From IMG/VR virus record IMGVR_UViG_3300031539_000028, positions 1 to 60,286 of that record: DNA of 60,286 nucleotides; one strand, written 5' to 3'. Positions 26,247 to 35,967 of this stretch are shown here, piece after piece. Below the pieces are notes generated by a model, which was given only the letters and a program-made list of their open reading frames with translations, searched no databases and had not been told where the DNA came from. The first letter of the stretch is position 1; each line of letters opens with the position of its first letter. The DNA is from a virus. Taxonomy: Duplodnaviria > Caudoviricetes. The position numbers and the translations under genes were made by a program.

Positions 26247-27971
26247 ATGAAGGCAGTCATCACCGCCGACGACGGCGAGCTCATCGTCCGAACGCCATAC
26301 AGTGAGCGTGCCAAGGACGCCCTCAAGGCCGTCGACGGCCGCCGGTGGTGCATGGATCGCAAGGCGTGGGTCTACCCAGCCACGAGCGCGTCGGCCGCGA
26401 CGCTCGGGGACGTGGTCGAGTACCTCGGGATGGAGCTCGAGGGCGACGCCACGTTCGACCGGCTCCTGAAGCAGTGGGATCGAGGAGCCGCCGTCCTGTC
26501 CGAGGTCGTTCCGCTCGTACCCATCGACGAGCAGTGCAAGACGAAGTGCTTCGACCATCAGACGCTCGGATACAGGCTGATCGAGGTCCGCGACGGAGTG
26601 TACCTCGCGTGGGACATGGGCGTCGGGAAGAGCAAGACCGTCGTCGACGCCGTCTGCCTGCTCGGACTCCGTCGCACGCTGATCGCGTGCCCGCCAAACG
26701 TCATGTCGGTTTGGCCGGGGCAGTTCGCGGACCACGGCAGCTCCGACGTCCGCATCGTCGTGCTGGACTGCAAGTTATCCGTCGAGCGCAGGGCGGCGCT
26801 CCTGGTCGACGTGTTCGACAACGAGCCCCGCCCGGTCGTGTTCGTCGCGAACTATCAGGCCGTGTGGCTCCCGCCGCTCGGGCCCACGCTCAAGAAGACG
26901 GACACGAAGCGCAAGAAGCGCATCATCCTCGAATCCGGCGAGATACTCAGGCGGCGTTGGGACCTGGTCGTCGCCGACGAGGCCCACTGGATCAAGGGCG
27001 AGCAGAGCTCCGTCTCGTGGTTCTTCGGGCACCTCTGCAAGCGGACCACGCGTCGCGTCGCGCTCAGCGGGACTCCGACGGGGAACGGGCCGCTCGACCT
27101 GTGGGCGCAGATGCGATTCGTCGACCCGGGCCTGTTCGGGACGTCGTTCGTCACGTTTCGCTCGCGCTACGCGCTCATGGGCGGCTTTCAGGGCCGTCAG
27201 GTGCTCGGATTCCGCAACGTCGAGGTGCTGAACAAGAAGTTCTACATGGTCGCGCACCGCGTCGAGCGTCACGACGTCCTCGACCTTCCGCCGGTCATGC
27301 ACGAGAAGATCGAGGTGGAGCTCGGGCCTGAGGCGCGCAAGCTGTACGACGAGATGGCGGCCAGCTTCGTCACGCGAGTCGGAGACGGGACCATCACGAC
27401 GTCGAACATCCTGACCGAGCTCCTCCGCCTTCAGCAGCTCACGGGAGGAGCCGTCGGCACCGATCAGGGAGACGTCGTCGTGGTCGACCACGCCAAGGAG
27501 AACGCCGTCGAGGAGCTCCTGTCGAGCCTACCGCCGGACGAGCCCGCCATAGTCTTCGGTCGATACGTCCACGACGTCGAGACTCCATGCGCGCTTGCCA
27601 GCAAGCTCGGGCGAGGCGCGTTCAGGCTCCGCGGAGGGTGCAACCAGCGGGACGAGTGGGCGGCCGACGACGGTGGCTCTATCCTGGCGGTTCAGATTGA
27701 CTCTGGCGGAGAGGGGATCGACCTGACACGCTCGAGGTACTGCATCTACTGGTCGGTCGGCTTCAGCCTGCTCAAGTACGAGCAGAGCCTCGCCAGGACC
27801 GACCGGCTCGGGCAGACTCGGCCGGGGATATTCTACCACATCATAGCGCGCAACACCGTCGACGTGAAGGTGTACGCGTCGCTGCGCGCCAAGAAGCAGG
27901 TCTCGGACGCGATCCTCGACGACGTCGTGGCCGGCGGGATCGAGGCGCTTCACGGAGGGAGGATGGGATGA
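26247..27971 (+). CDS. SNF2-family (SF2) helicase
   Basis: WDMGVGKS, VVADEAH, ALSGTP, GGEGIDLT, YEQSLARTDRLGQ. Confidence 0.92.
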   Translation: MKAVITADDGELIVRTPYSERAKDALKAVDGRRWCMDRKAWVYPATSASAATLGDVVEYLGMELEGDATFDRLLKQWDRGAAVLSEVVPLVPIDEQCKTKCFDHQTLGYRLIEVRDGVYLAWDMGVGKSKTVVDAVCLLGLRRTLIACPPNVMSVWPGQFADHGSSDVRIVVLDCKLSVERRAALLVDVFDNEPRPVVFVANYQAVWLPPLGPTLKKTDTKRKKRIILESGEILRRRWDLVVADEAHWIKGEQSSVSWFFGHLCKRTTRRVALSGTPTGNGPLDLWAQMRFVDPGLFGTSFVTFRSRYALMGGFQGRQVLGFRNVEVLNKKFYMVAHRVERHDVLDLPPVMHEKIEVELGPEARKLYDEMAASFVTRVGDGTITTSNILTELLRLQQLTGGAVGTDQGDVVVVDHAKENAVEELLSSLPPDEPAIVFGRYVHDVETPCALASKLGRGAFRLRGGCNQRDEWAADDGGSILAVQIDSGGEGIDLTRSRYCIYWSVGFSLLKYEQSLARTDRLGQTRPGIFYHIIARNTVDVKVYASLRAKKQVSDAILDDVVAGGIEALHGGRMG

Positions 27972-28279
27972 GGTATCCGAGCGCGAAGCACGTCAGGGGC
28001 TCGCCCGACGTGGGTCAGGCGTACGTCTGTCCGGGCACGCCGTCCTATCCCAAAGGGATCAGGAGGATGATCATAGGCGTGCTCTCGCCGGCGTACCACA
28101 ACACGTACGGTGAGACGGCTCCGCGCGGCATCCGAATGACGCTCGGACAGGCGGAGGCGTTCGGCCGTGCGATCATCCGGAAGGTCCGCGAGGCCGAGCG
28201 GTGGAACAGGGAGGCGGAGCTGTTCTACTCCCCGTCGGACATCGGCGAGCGGAGTGCGAAGGGGAGGCGCAGGACATGA
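27968..28279 (+). CDS. Hypothetical protein
   Basis: ATGA overlap. Confidence 0.6.
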   Translation: MRYPSAKHVRGSPDVGQAYVCPGTPSYPKGIRRMIIGVLSPAYHNTYGETAPRGIRMTLGQAEAFGRAIIRKVREAERWNREAELFYSPSDIGERSAKGRRRT

Positions 28280-28515
28280 AGCGGCTCTGGCGACTGCTGA
28301 CGCGCGACTGGCTCACGCCGAGCACGGACAGACGTCCAGTCTGTCTCCTGCTCATGTTTCCTCTGATGATGGCCGGGAGCGTCGGAGGATCGCTCGCCCT
28401 CATGGCGGACGGCTGGGTCAGGCTCGTGGCGGTCATGACGGCCACGATCCTCGGAGCGTGGGTCGTGATCCTCTCGGAGTTCCCTGACAGGGAGGACGAA
28501 GACGGCGACGGCTGA
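28276..28515 (+). CDS. Small membrane protein
   Basis: Two hydrophobic segments; GGGGAGG RBS. Confidence 0.55.
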   Translation: MKRLWRLLTRDWLTPSTDRRPVCLLLMFPLMMAGSVGGSLALMADGWVRLVAVMTATILGAWVVILSEFPDREDEDGDG

Positions 28516-28994
28516 TGCGAACAACGGGTGACGAGATCATGAGAGGGGCTGTCATGGAAGGCGGACCACACGAGCCGATCACGGCGCAGCCGGCGGAGAC
28601 GTTCCCCAAGATAGTCGGACCGATCATCCAGCGCGCGATGCAGCGTGGGTGGGAGCTCGTTCAGGAGGGCGTCGACGGCGCGAAGCTCTTCAGGGACGAC
28701 CGTCAGCGGGCCTTGTCGGTCCAGGCGATAGTCTCCGCGGCCAGGGAGCTCGACGGCCGTCCGTGGGTTCACCTGAGCGTCTCCGTCATTCACGGCACGC
28801 CGAAGTCTGTGCTCCTCCCGCGGTGGAGCACGCTGGTGTGGGCGCGCGACGAGTTCCTCGGGCCCGCGGCGAAGTGTCTGCTGGTGATACCGCCGCATGA
28901 CGAGCACGTCAACATCGCGGAGGTTCACCACCTGTGGCACTGTCCTGAGGGCGACGGCCTGCCCGACTTCACTAGAGGGAGCGGGAGCCTGTGA
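28515..28994 (+). CDS. Conserved phage protein (WVHLSVS...HVNI...HHLW)
   Basis: His-motif pattern common in phage hypothetical proteins; start may be 28554. Confidence 0.7.
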   Translation: MRTTGDEIMRGAVMEGGPHEPITAQPAETFPKIVGPIIQRAMQRGWELVQEGVDGAKLFRDDRQRALSVQAIVSAARELDGRPWVHLSVSVIHGTPKSVLLPRWSTLVWARDEFLGPAAKCLLVIPPHDEHVNIAEVHHLWHCPEGDGLPDFTRGSGSL

Positions 28995-29212
28995 ACGGAG
29001 ACCCGAGGCGCGAGGAGTTCAAGCGGCGCGGACGGTGCGCAGTCTGCGGGGTCCGCAAGCCGGCGCCTGGCCGTGTGACGTGCCGGAAGTGTCTCGACCG
29101 TCAGGCGGGCTACAACTGCACATGGTTGCGGCGCAGGCTCGACGCCGAGGAGAGGATGCTGCACGATGCCAAAGATGAGAATGGGACGCAGGCAGCCGGA
29201 CCCGGTTCATAG
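28991..29212 (+). CDS. Zn-finger protein
   Basis: GRCAVCG...TCRKC. Confidence 0.65.
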   Translation: MNGDPRREEFKRRGRCAVCGVRKPAPGRVTCRKCLDRQAGYNCTWLRRRLDAEERMLHDAKDENGTQAAGPGS

Positions 29213-29316
29213 GTGCTGCCTGTGCGGCGTGCTCAAGCCGTCGCACGAGCTCGTCCAGCTGTACACCGGAGCTCGAGCCTGCGCGCACCACCCAGGCGTA
29301 AGGCGGAACGAGATCG

Positions 29317-29379
29317 AAAAGAAAAAGCCGGACCGTTAGGGCGTTTTCGCTGGACAAGCGAAGGCGCGGAGGATAGAAT
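29317..29379 (+). promoter_or_regulatory. sigma70-like promoter of the replication operon
   Basis: A-tract, ttttcgc-TGGACA (29351-56), 17-nt spacer, TAGAAT (29374-79). Confidence 0.7.
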
Positions 29380-29457
29380 CGGAGGCCTGGCGCGGGGAGG
29401 GAGGAGAGGGCTTCGGCGCCCCGGCGTAGTATATTCCAGGGGAGAGGAGAGACGACG

Positions 29458-29967
29458 ATGCCGAAAGACGCGACGGAGAAGACGGGAGAGGATGCGGAGG
29501 GAGGCGGGCTCGACTTCGACCGGCTCCGCGAGTTCGTCGCGATGAACACGCACGTCAAGGCGCTGGACGAGGAGCTGACGTGCGCCAAGGCGTCTCTCGA
29601 GGAGCTCAAGCAGGGCATCCTCGACAGGTTCGCCGAGGCCGGGGTCGGCTCAGTCAGGATCGACGGCAAGACCGTCTACACCCACAGGCAGCTGTGGGCC
29701 GGCAGGGCTGACGCGGTCGGCCCGAATGGCAGGCCCATCCTCGACGAGAAGGGGCGTCCGATGAAGGTCGGCGACGAGGAGTTCATCCCGGCGATCCGCG
29801 ATGCCGGGCTCGGGCACTTCGTCAGGGAGACGGTCAACACGCAGACTCTCTCCGCATGGGCCCGGGAGCTGGACGAGGACGAGGGCGGGATGCCTGTGCT
29901 ACCGCCCGAGCTCGTGGGCAAGGTGTCTGTCACGGAGAAGTTCGACGTCCGCGTACGCTCGAAGTGA
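29458..29967 (+). CDS. Phage replication-region protein
   Basis: Coiled N-terminus and ETVNTQTLSAWARE motif; typical neighbour of phage ssDNA-binding genes. Confidence 0.7.
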   Translation: MPKDATEKTGEDAEGGGLDFDRLREFVAMNTHVKALDEELTCAKASLEELKQGILDRFAEAGVGSVRIDGKTVYTHRQLWAGRADAVGPNGRPILDEKGRPMKVGDEEFIPAIRDAGLGHFVRETVNTQTLSAWARELDEDEGGMPVLPPELVGKVSVTEKFDVRVRSK

Positions 29968-30012
29968 CGCAGCTTCGGCACGACGGACAATGATCGAGGG
30001 GACCGACTGGAC

Positions 30013-30912
30013 ATGGCGAAGAGGACTGACGCAAAGCCGGTGGCCGAGGCAAAGCCGGCGACGGTGTCAAAGCCGGCGGCCGAGGCGAAGCCGGCCATCG
30101 ACGGGAGCTCCGCGAAGCTGCCGGCCGTTCGCAAGGACATGTCTCCGGTGCTCGCCGGCGAGTTCGGAGCGTTCGCCGTTGTGCGGGCTGACGCCGGTGC
30201 GCTCGCGGCCGTCCGCGAGAACATCGGAGACGGGCAGCTCACGAGGTTCGACCTGGACAGCGTGAAGATGCCGGCCGGCGGTGGGATCGCGTGGGAAATC
30301 CCAGGCGAGGCATCGGATGGCGGCCCGGACGTGTGCAAGGAGTTCGCCGCGCTCATCATCCACGCCGCCGACCAGAGGGCGTACTGGAAGAAGTCCATCG
30401 ACGAGAGCGGCGGCGGATCGCCGCCGGACTGCCAGAGCTCCAACGCCCGCGAGGGGCACGGCAATCCCGGCGGCGAGTGCGCTCTGTGCCCGTTCAGCAA
30501 GTTCGGGAGCGCGAAGCCGAAGCCGGGGCAGGACGAGGCGAAGGGTCAGGCCTGCCGGCAGATCAAGCTCCTGTTCCTGATGCGGCCAGTCGGCATCCTG
30601 CCCATCGCGCTCGCGCTCCCGCCGACGAGCCTCAAGCCGGCCAAGATGTACCTGCTCAGGCTGGGCTCGCGCGGGCTCCCGTACTACGGCACGCTGACGA
30701 AGTTCTCGCTGGCCAAGACGTCCAGCGGCGGGAACGACTACAGCGTCGCTCAGCTGACTCAGGGCGAGGTGCTCTCGGATGAGCAGCTCGCGTTCGTGCG
30801 GGGCCTTCGCGCTGAGATGCTCCGCACGATACAGACGGAGCCGATCAGGTACGAGGACTTCCTGGCCGGCGGCGACGTTCCGTCAGTGGAGGCAGAGCTC
30901 CCGGCGATGTAG
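30013..30912 (+). CDS. Putative ssDNA-binding/annealing protein
   Basis: KMPAGGG...RAYW...PPDCQS...CALCPFSKFGS...GQAC...LPPTSLK; acidic tail; precedes the primase. Confidence 0.7.
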   Translation: MAKRTDAKPVAEAKPATVSKPAAEAKPAIDGSSAKLPAVRKDMSPVLAGEFGAFAVVRADAGALAAVRENIGDGQLTRFDLDSVKMPAGGGIAWEIPGEASDGGPDVCKEFAALIIHAADQRAYWKKSIDESGGGSPPDCQSSNAREGHGNPGGECALCPFSKFGSAKPKPGQDEAKGQACRQIKLLFLMRPVGILPIALALPPTSLKPAKMYLLRLGSRGLPYYGTLTKFSLAKTSSGGNDYSVAQLTQGEVLSDEQLAFVRGLRAEMLRTIQTEPIRYEDFLAGGDVPSVEAELPAM

Positions 30913-30928
30913 CATCGCCCTCATCGGT

Positions 30929-30960
30929 GGGGCGCCCGCTTTGGGGAGGGCGGGCGCCCC
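30929..30960. other. 11-bp GC hairpin between SSB-like and primase genes
   Basis: ggggcgcccgc/gcgggcgcccc; no U-tract. Confidence 0.6.
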
Positions 30961-30985
30961 GGAGTCACCGTGACAGGGAGAGGCG

Positions 30986-32794
30986 ATGCCAGACTCAGTT
31001 CAGGCCGAGCAGTTTATCAGCTGGATGCACGGGCCGGCCGCTGCGCTCGGGCATCAGATCAGCGTGTGGTTCTTCCCAGGCAAGGACGTCATGTTCTGCA
31101 AGAGCTCAGACGACGCCGCCAGAGCTGCGGTCGCTCGCACAATCGACAAGGAGAACGCCTACGTCTGCATGGGGCAGTTCTCCAAGCCTCCTTTGTCTGG
31201 ACGCGGGAAGGCCGCCAACGTCACCGCCATCGGAGGGCTGTGGGCAGACGTGGACTTCGGACCGCCTGGCGAGTTCCACTCCAAGGGCAACCTTCCGCCG
31301 ACGGAGGACGCGGCACGCGATCTTCTGACGCACGTCGGTGCCATGCCTTCGGTGATAACCCACTCTGGACACGGGCTTCAGGCCTTCTGGCTCTTCAACC
31401 AGCCTCTCGTGTTCGAGGACGCTGCTGGCCGAGCTGACGCCGCGAAGCTCTCGAAGCGGTGGGTGGACACGATCAGGGCGATAGCTGGAAGGTTCGGATG
31501 GGACGTCGATTCCGTTCAGGATCTTGCCAGGGTGATGCGCATCCCGGGCACGACGAACTGGAAGGGCGAGCCCGTCGAGGCCAGCATCCTGTGGCCCAAG
31601 AAGACGGACGGCGTTCATGGATCGCCGCGGCGATGGACAGTCGACGAGCTCTCTGCGCTCGCCGTTCCGGAGGAGCTCGGGCCGTCCGCCACTGCGATGA
31701 AGCATGCGAAGGCCGCCATCACGCAGGTCGACCCCGTCACGCCCAGCGAGGACGGTTCGACGCCCGCGGCCGTCGCGGCTCTGGTGCAGAACGACCCCAC
31801 GTTCAAGCGGACGTGGGAGCGGAAGAGGACGGATCATCCTGAGTGGACAGGTCACGAGTACGACCTGTCGATAGCGTCCATGCTCGTGCAGGCCGGGTGC
31901 AAGGATCAGGTGATCGCCGACGCGATCCTGGCCAGGCGCGAGCTCCACGGGGAGAATCCTGAGAAGGCCCGGCGTCGAGACTACCTCATGCGCACCATCT
32001 CGCGTGCGAGAACGAATCAGGAGTCGGACGGTGCGCTGAACGTCGTCGCGTCGATGACTGACGCCCCGCAGCCTAACTCCCCCGAGGAGACGAGCGACGA
32101 GCGCGCGAGGGCCTTGGACAAGCTCAGCAAGGCCCTCAGGGTGAATCTCGTGAAGGTCATCAAGCACGGCCGCGAGAGCTCCATATACTCGCTCGAGCTC
32201 TCAGACGGAGGCGCGGTGAAGGACGTGCACCTCGGCGGCATCAGCTCGATATTGGATCAGATGAAGTTCAAGGCGGCGCTCGCGGACGCCACCGGCGTGG
32301 TCATAAGCAGGATCAAGAGCGACAGGTGGGACAAGGTATCGGAGCTCATGCTCCGCGTCGCCATCCTCGTGGAGAACGAGGACAGCGGTCGGTGGAGCAC
32401 CATCGTCTCGTGGCTCCGCGCCTACGTCGTCGAGGGTCACTCCGCCCTGTTCAAGGACAGCGACTGGAATCGTGCTCTCGTCAACAGCGACCCGTTCGTC
32501 AGGGACGGCAAGCTCGGGGTTCACGTCACGTCGTTCCGACGATTCTTGCGGTACACGGAGCCTGAGCGCGTGGACCGACCGATGGTGTTTCACCTGCTGA
32601 GAATCGCCGGCTTCGAGCCGGTCAAGATCACGGCCCGCGTCGACGAACGCAGGCTGTGCCGAAACTACTGGTGCGGGCCAGCTTCCGTTCTCGGCTCCGC
32701 GGACGGCGCGGAGAACCACAACGTGTTGGGGTCGGCTGCCGCCGCGGCACAAGACTCCGACGAAGAGGCGCCGGGGGCCTCAGAAACGGTCTGA
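30986..32794 (+). CDS. RepB'-type (AEP superfamily) DNA primase
   Basis: LWADVD, HSGHGLQAFW and DLARVMRIPGTTNWK motifs, followed by a helical primase C-terminal domain; no P-loop. Confidence 0.8.
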   Translation: MPDSVQAEQFISWMHGPAAALGHQISVWFFPGKDVMFCKSSDDAARAAVARTIDKENAYVCMGQFSKPPLSGRGKAANVTAIGGLWADVDFGPPGEFHSKGNLPPTEDAARDLLTHVGAMPSVITHSGHGLQAFWLFNQPLVFEDAAGRADAAKLSKRWVDTIRAIAGRFGWDVDSVQDLARVMRIPGTTNWKGEPVEASILWPKKTDGVHGSPRRWTVDELSALAVPEELGPSATAMKHAKAAITQVDPVTPSEDGSTPAAVAALVQNDPTFKRTWERKRTDHPEWTGHEYDLSIASMLVQAGCKDQVIADAILARRELHGENPEKARRRDYLMRTISRARTNQESDGALNVVASMTDAPQPNSPEETSDERARALDKLSKALRVNLVKVIKHGRESSIYSLELSDGGAVKDVHLGGISSILDQMKFKAALADATGVVISRIKSDRWDKVSELMLRVAILVENEDSGRWSTIVSWLRAYVVEGHSALFKDSDWNRALVNSDPFVRDGKLGVHVTSFRRFLRYTEPERVDRPMVFHLLRIAGFEPVKITARVDERRLCRNYWCGPASVLGSADGAENHNVLGSAAAAAQDSDEEAPGASETV

Positions 32795-33310
32795 GCTATG
32801 CGTGGCAGGGAAAAAACAGGCCCGAATCGCCCGAAAACGGCGTTTTGGGGGGAGCCTCGCGGAAAAAGCTATGATAAAAAAGCGCAACCTGTTGGGGGTG
32901 CGTCGGCGTTCACCGCAACATGTCGGGGTGGCCCTGAACGGAGAACCCCTATATATAAGGGGGGGGGACGCCCGATTTATAAAAACGTCCGAAGCAATAT
33001 GACAGTTATGACAAACCGAAAGATTCAGTTTATGCCGCCGGATCGGCTTACCTGGCCCTCAAACGTCATAACTCCAAGTTATGCTGTCATAACTTTTTCT
33101 ATGACAGGAATCCCCAAGTCCCGGGCGCCAAAGGACTTGCGGAAAACACGGTATTCTAGTGTGGTGGCCATTATCCTAGATTGGTCGGTCTCTAGACTAC
33201 GCGAGGATATCAAACGGCGTGTCAGACTCTCGCGTAAGATTCCACGGCTCGACGGAGCTCGGGACCGGCGCGACGACGAGACGCTCGAGCCACAACTGAC
33301 GATCATCAGC
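32795..33310. other. Putative replication origin
   Basis: Non-coding and AT-rich; several TATGAC/GTCATA repeats at 32998-33105; palindromes cccctatatataagggg and aagtcc...ggactt; lies between primase and helicase. Confidence 0.6.
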
Positions 33311-33409
33311 GAGGTTGCGACACGCTGTTACCGCTGCGACACTGAAAGTGCCGACGACCCGGCTTTTTCGTGTTCGAGAGAGGGCCACGCGCCCGCGCGC
33401 GTATAAGAG
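33311..33409 (+). promoter_or_regulatory. ~100-bp repeated regulatory element, copy 1
   Basis: Matches 44500-44599 at offset 11190: gttaccgc, aaagtgcYgacgacccggctttttc, cgcccgcgcgcgtataagag. Confidence 0.8.
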
Positions 33410-33428
33410 GGCGGAGAGGTTGTGGACG

Positions 33429-35156
33429 ATGGAACGCTACGAGGGACGGTTTGCGATATGGGGCCCGCCCGGGACCGGCAAGACCACGTTCCTGGCTCGT
33501 CAGGTCAAGGAGATAGCGGCCAACATTGGAGACCCTGACGCGAGCCCGTTCGAGCACGGCGCGGCTCCTGTCGCCGTGTGCTCGCTGACGCGGACGGCCG
33601 CCGCCGAGATCGCCGGACGCGGGCTCCCGATCCCGAGGGAACAGATCGGAACCCTTCACGCGCTGGCATACAGGCAGCTCGGTCATCCAGACGTCGCCGA
33701 GGGAGAGCTGCAGGACTGGTGCGAGTTCGCGCCGGAATACAGGATGTCATGCGACAGGAGCAAGGGGGGATCGAAGGAGAGCCTCGCGGATCAGATGGGA
33801 TGCGACTGGATGCCTGAACTGAACGGAGACATGCTCTACCAGGAGATGTGCCGCCTCAGGGCGCTCGAGACTCCGAGGCGGCTCTGGAACGAGTCGATAG
33901 TCGGATTCACGCAGAGGTGGGAGAGCTGGAAATCGAAGCGCGGGCTGATCGACTTCACCGATATGATCGAGTTCGCCCTGTCGAGCGTTGACGAGGCGCC
34001 GGGGTCTCCGAGCGTGATCATCGCGGATGAGGCGCAAGACCTGTCTAGGATGGAGCTGTCTCTTCTCATGAAGTGGGGCGACGCGGCTGGCGGTCTCATG
34101 CTCGCCGGTGACCCGTGGCAGGCTTTATACTGCTGGAGAGGAGCGGACCCGGGGGTGTTCACCGACGAGAGGATACCGCAGGATCACAGGCGCGTGCTCA
34201 GCCAGTCGTACCGCGTTCCGAGGGCCGTTCACCGCGCGTCGATGACGTGGATGCGCAGGTGGTACAGTGATTGGACTGAGCTCGCGTACGAGCCAAGAGG
34301 TGCAGACGGGATCGTCGAGAGGCACCCCGGGATGTGGCACGACCCCGGGTCGATAGTCGAGACCGCCGAGCGGATGGAAGCAGAGGGCAAGACGGTCATG
34401 ATCGCCGCGACGTGCGGCTTCATGCTCAAGCCTGTGCTGACAGAGCTTCGACGCCGCGGCGTTCCGTTCTCGAATCCGTGGCGGACGTCGCGCGGGGACT
34501 GGAATCCGCTCAGGGTCTCTCGTGGCACGTCCATATCCAGCAGGATCATGGCATTCCTGCGGATCGACAGCAAGACGTACGGCGCATCGTGGAAGGCTGG
34601 GCAGGCTCGCCTGTGGACGTGGGGCGAGCTCGCGGCGTGGACGGCAGTCCAGAAGACGAGCGAGTTTCTTCGCCGCGGAGCCAAGAAGACGCTCCAGATA
34701 GTGATGGAGAGCACGGACTCGGAGGATCAGGAGTGCAGGCCGCACGAGCTGGCTCAGCTCTTCGACGCGGAGAAGCTCTCCGAGATGCTGGCGATGGGAG
34801 AGCGAGGAGAGACGTCGACTCTGCTGAGACTGTTCGAGGGACGCCTTCAGGCGTCGCGGTCGGAGTCGGCTCGTTATCCTGTCGTGGTGGCGGGCCTGCG
34901 CGGGGCCGCGGCTCTGGCAGTCGAGCCGCGCGTTCACGTCGGCACCGTTCACTCATTCAAGGGTGCCGAGGCCGATGTCGTGATGCTGTTCCCCGACCTG
35001 TCGCCGGCCGCGTCGCGGGAGTGGGGCAGACATGGCCGGGCTCGTGACGGTGTGGTGCGAACGATCTACGTCGGGATCACGCGCGCCAAGGAATCGCTGT
35101 TTGTGTGCCAGCCGTCATCGCTGTCGGCGGTAAACCTCAACGTGCTGGCGAGCTGA
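33429..35156 (+). CDS. UvrD/Rep-like SF1 helicase
   Basis: WGPPGTGKTT, IGTLHALAY, IADEAQD, GDPWQALY, QSYRVP, TVHSFKGAE, YVGITRAK. Confidence 0.92.
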   Translation: MERYEGRFAIWGPPGTGKTTFLARQVKEIAANIGDPDASPFEHGAAPVAVCSLTRTAAAEIAGRGLPIPREQIGTLHALAYRQLGHPDVAEGELQDWCEFAPEYRMSCDRSKGGSKESLADQMGCDWMPELNGDMLYQEMCRLRALETPRRLWNESIVGFTQRWESWKSKRGLIDFTDMIEFALSSVDEAPGSPSVIIADEAQDLSRMELSLLMKWGDAAGGLMLAGDPWQALYCWRGADPGVFTDERIPQDHRRVLSQSYRVPRAVHRASMTWMRRWYSDWTELAYEPRGADGIVERHPGMWHDPGSIVETAERMEAEGKTVMIAATCGFMLKPVLTELRRRGVPFSNPWRTSRGDWNPLRVSRGTSISSRIMAFLRIDSKTYGASWKAGQARLWTWGELAAWTAVQKTSEFLRRGAKKTLQIVMESTDSEDQECRPHELAQLFDAEKLSEMLAMGERGETSTLLRLFEGRLQASRSESARYPVVVAGLRGAAALAVEPRVHVGTVHSFKGAEADVVMLFPDLSPAASREWGRHGRARDGVVRTIYVGITRAKESLFVCQPSSLSAVNLNVLAS

Positions 35157-35167
35157 AGGGGGATGCG

Positions 35168-35425
35168 ATGCGCGTCAAGAGGAGTCTCAAGCAGAGGTCG
35201 CTCATCCTCGCCGCGATCAAGGCGGAGCTCGAGCGGCGCGGGATGAGCGCGCTCTCGCTCGCGCGGAGGCAGCGCGGGGCGCACGAGGCCACCTGCCAGG
35301 CGTACCTCTACAGCGGCCGGGATGCCAGGGTGAGCACGGTCGAGTCTCTCATGAGAGAGCTCGGGCTCGTCGTCGTGTCGGCGGAGGAGCTCGAGAGGCT
35401 GCGGGAGAGGACCGGCACGCGATGA
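35168..35425 (+). CDS. Cro/XRE-like helix-turn-helix protein
   Basis: IKAELERRGMSALSLARR...YLYSGRDARVSTVESLMRELGL. Confidence 0.7.
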   Translation: MRVKRSLKQRSLILAAIKAELERRGMSALSLARRQRGAHEATCQAYLYSGRDARVSTVESLMRELGLVVVSAEELERLRERTGTR

Positions 35426-35967
35426 GCGTGAACAGCGGCATGTTCTCGTCCGCGCGCGACGATTGGGAGACGCCGGACGACCTCTTCACCGAGCTGAACG
35501 CGGAGTTCGGATTCACGCTGGACGTCTGCGCGACGAAGGCGAACGCCAAGTGCGCGCGGTTCATCTCGCCGGAACAGGACGCCCTGCACATGCGATGGGG
35601 GCGCGGAGAGGTCTGCTGGATGAATCCGCCATACGGTCGACAGATCGGGTGGTGGATGGACAAGGCGTGTGGGGAGGCGGCCGTGGGCCGCAACTGTGTG
35701 GTCTGCTTGGTGCCAGCGCGCACCGATACGTATTGGTGGCACACGTATGCCATGACCGGCGAGATCAGGTTCCTTCGCGGCCGTGTCAGGTTCAAGGGAG
35801 CGAAATCCGGTGCTCCGTTTCCAAGCGCGGTGGTGATCTTCGATGGAAGGAGTGGGAGACAGATGGCGAAGCCGATCAAGCGACGACGGCAGAAGCCGAA
35901 GCCGAAGCCGAGCGCCGGGGGGCGGTCGGACCCTGGCAGACTCCGGAGAGGAGCCGTGACGAAGTGA
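35422..35967 (+). CDS. Phage DNA N6-adenine methyltransferase (Dam_phage-like)
   Basis: DDWETP, FTLDVCA, WMNPPYGR, VPARTDT, APFPS. Confidence 0.92.
   Translation: MSVNSGMFSSARDDWETPDDLFTELNAEFGFTLDVCATKANAKCARFISPEQDALHMRWGRGEVCWMNPPYGRQIGWWMDKACGEAAVGRNCVVCLVPARTDTYWWHTYAMTGEIRFLRGRVRFKGAKSGAPFPSAVVIFDGRSGRQMAKPIKRRRQKPKPKPSAGGRSDPGRLRRGAVTK

Noticed and set aside
32798-33406. 202-aa ORF between primase and helicase
   Set aside because: Atypical codon usage across an AT-rich palindrome/iteron region; better explained as origin plus promoter
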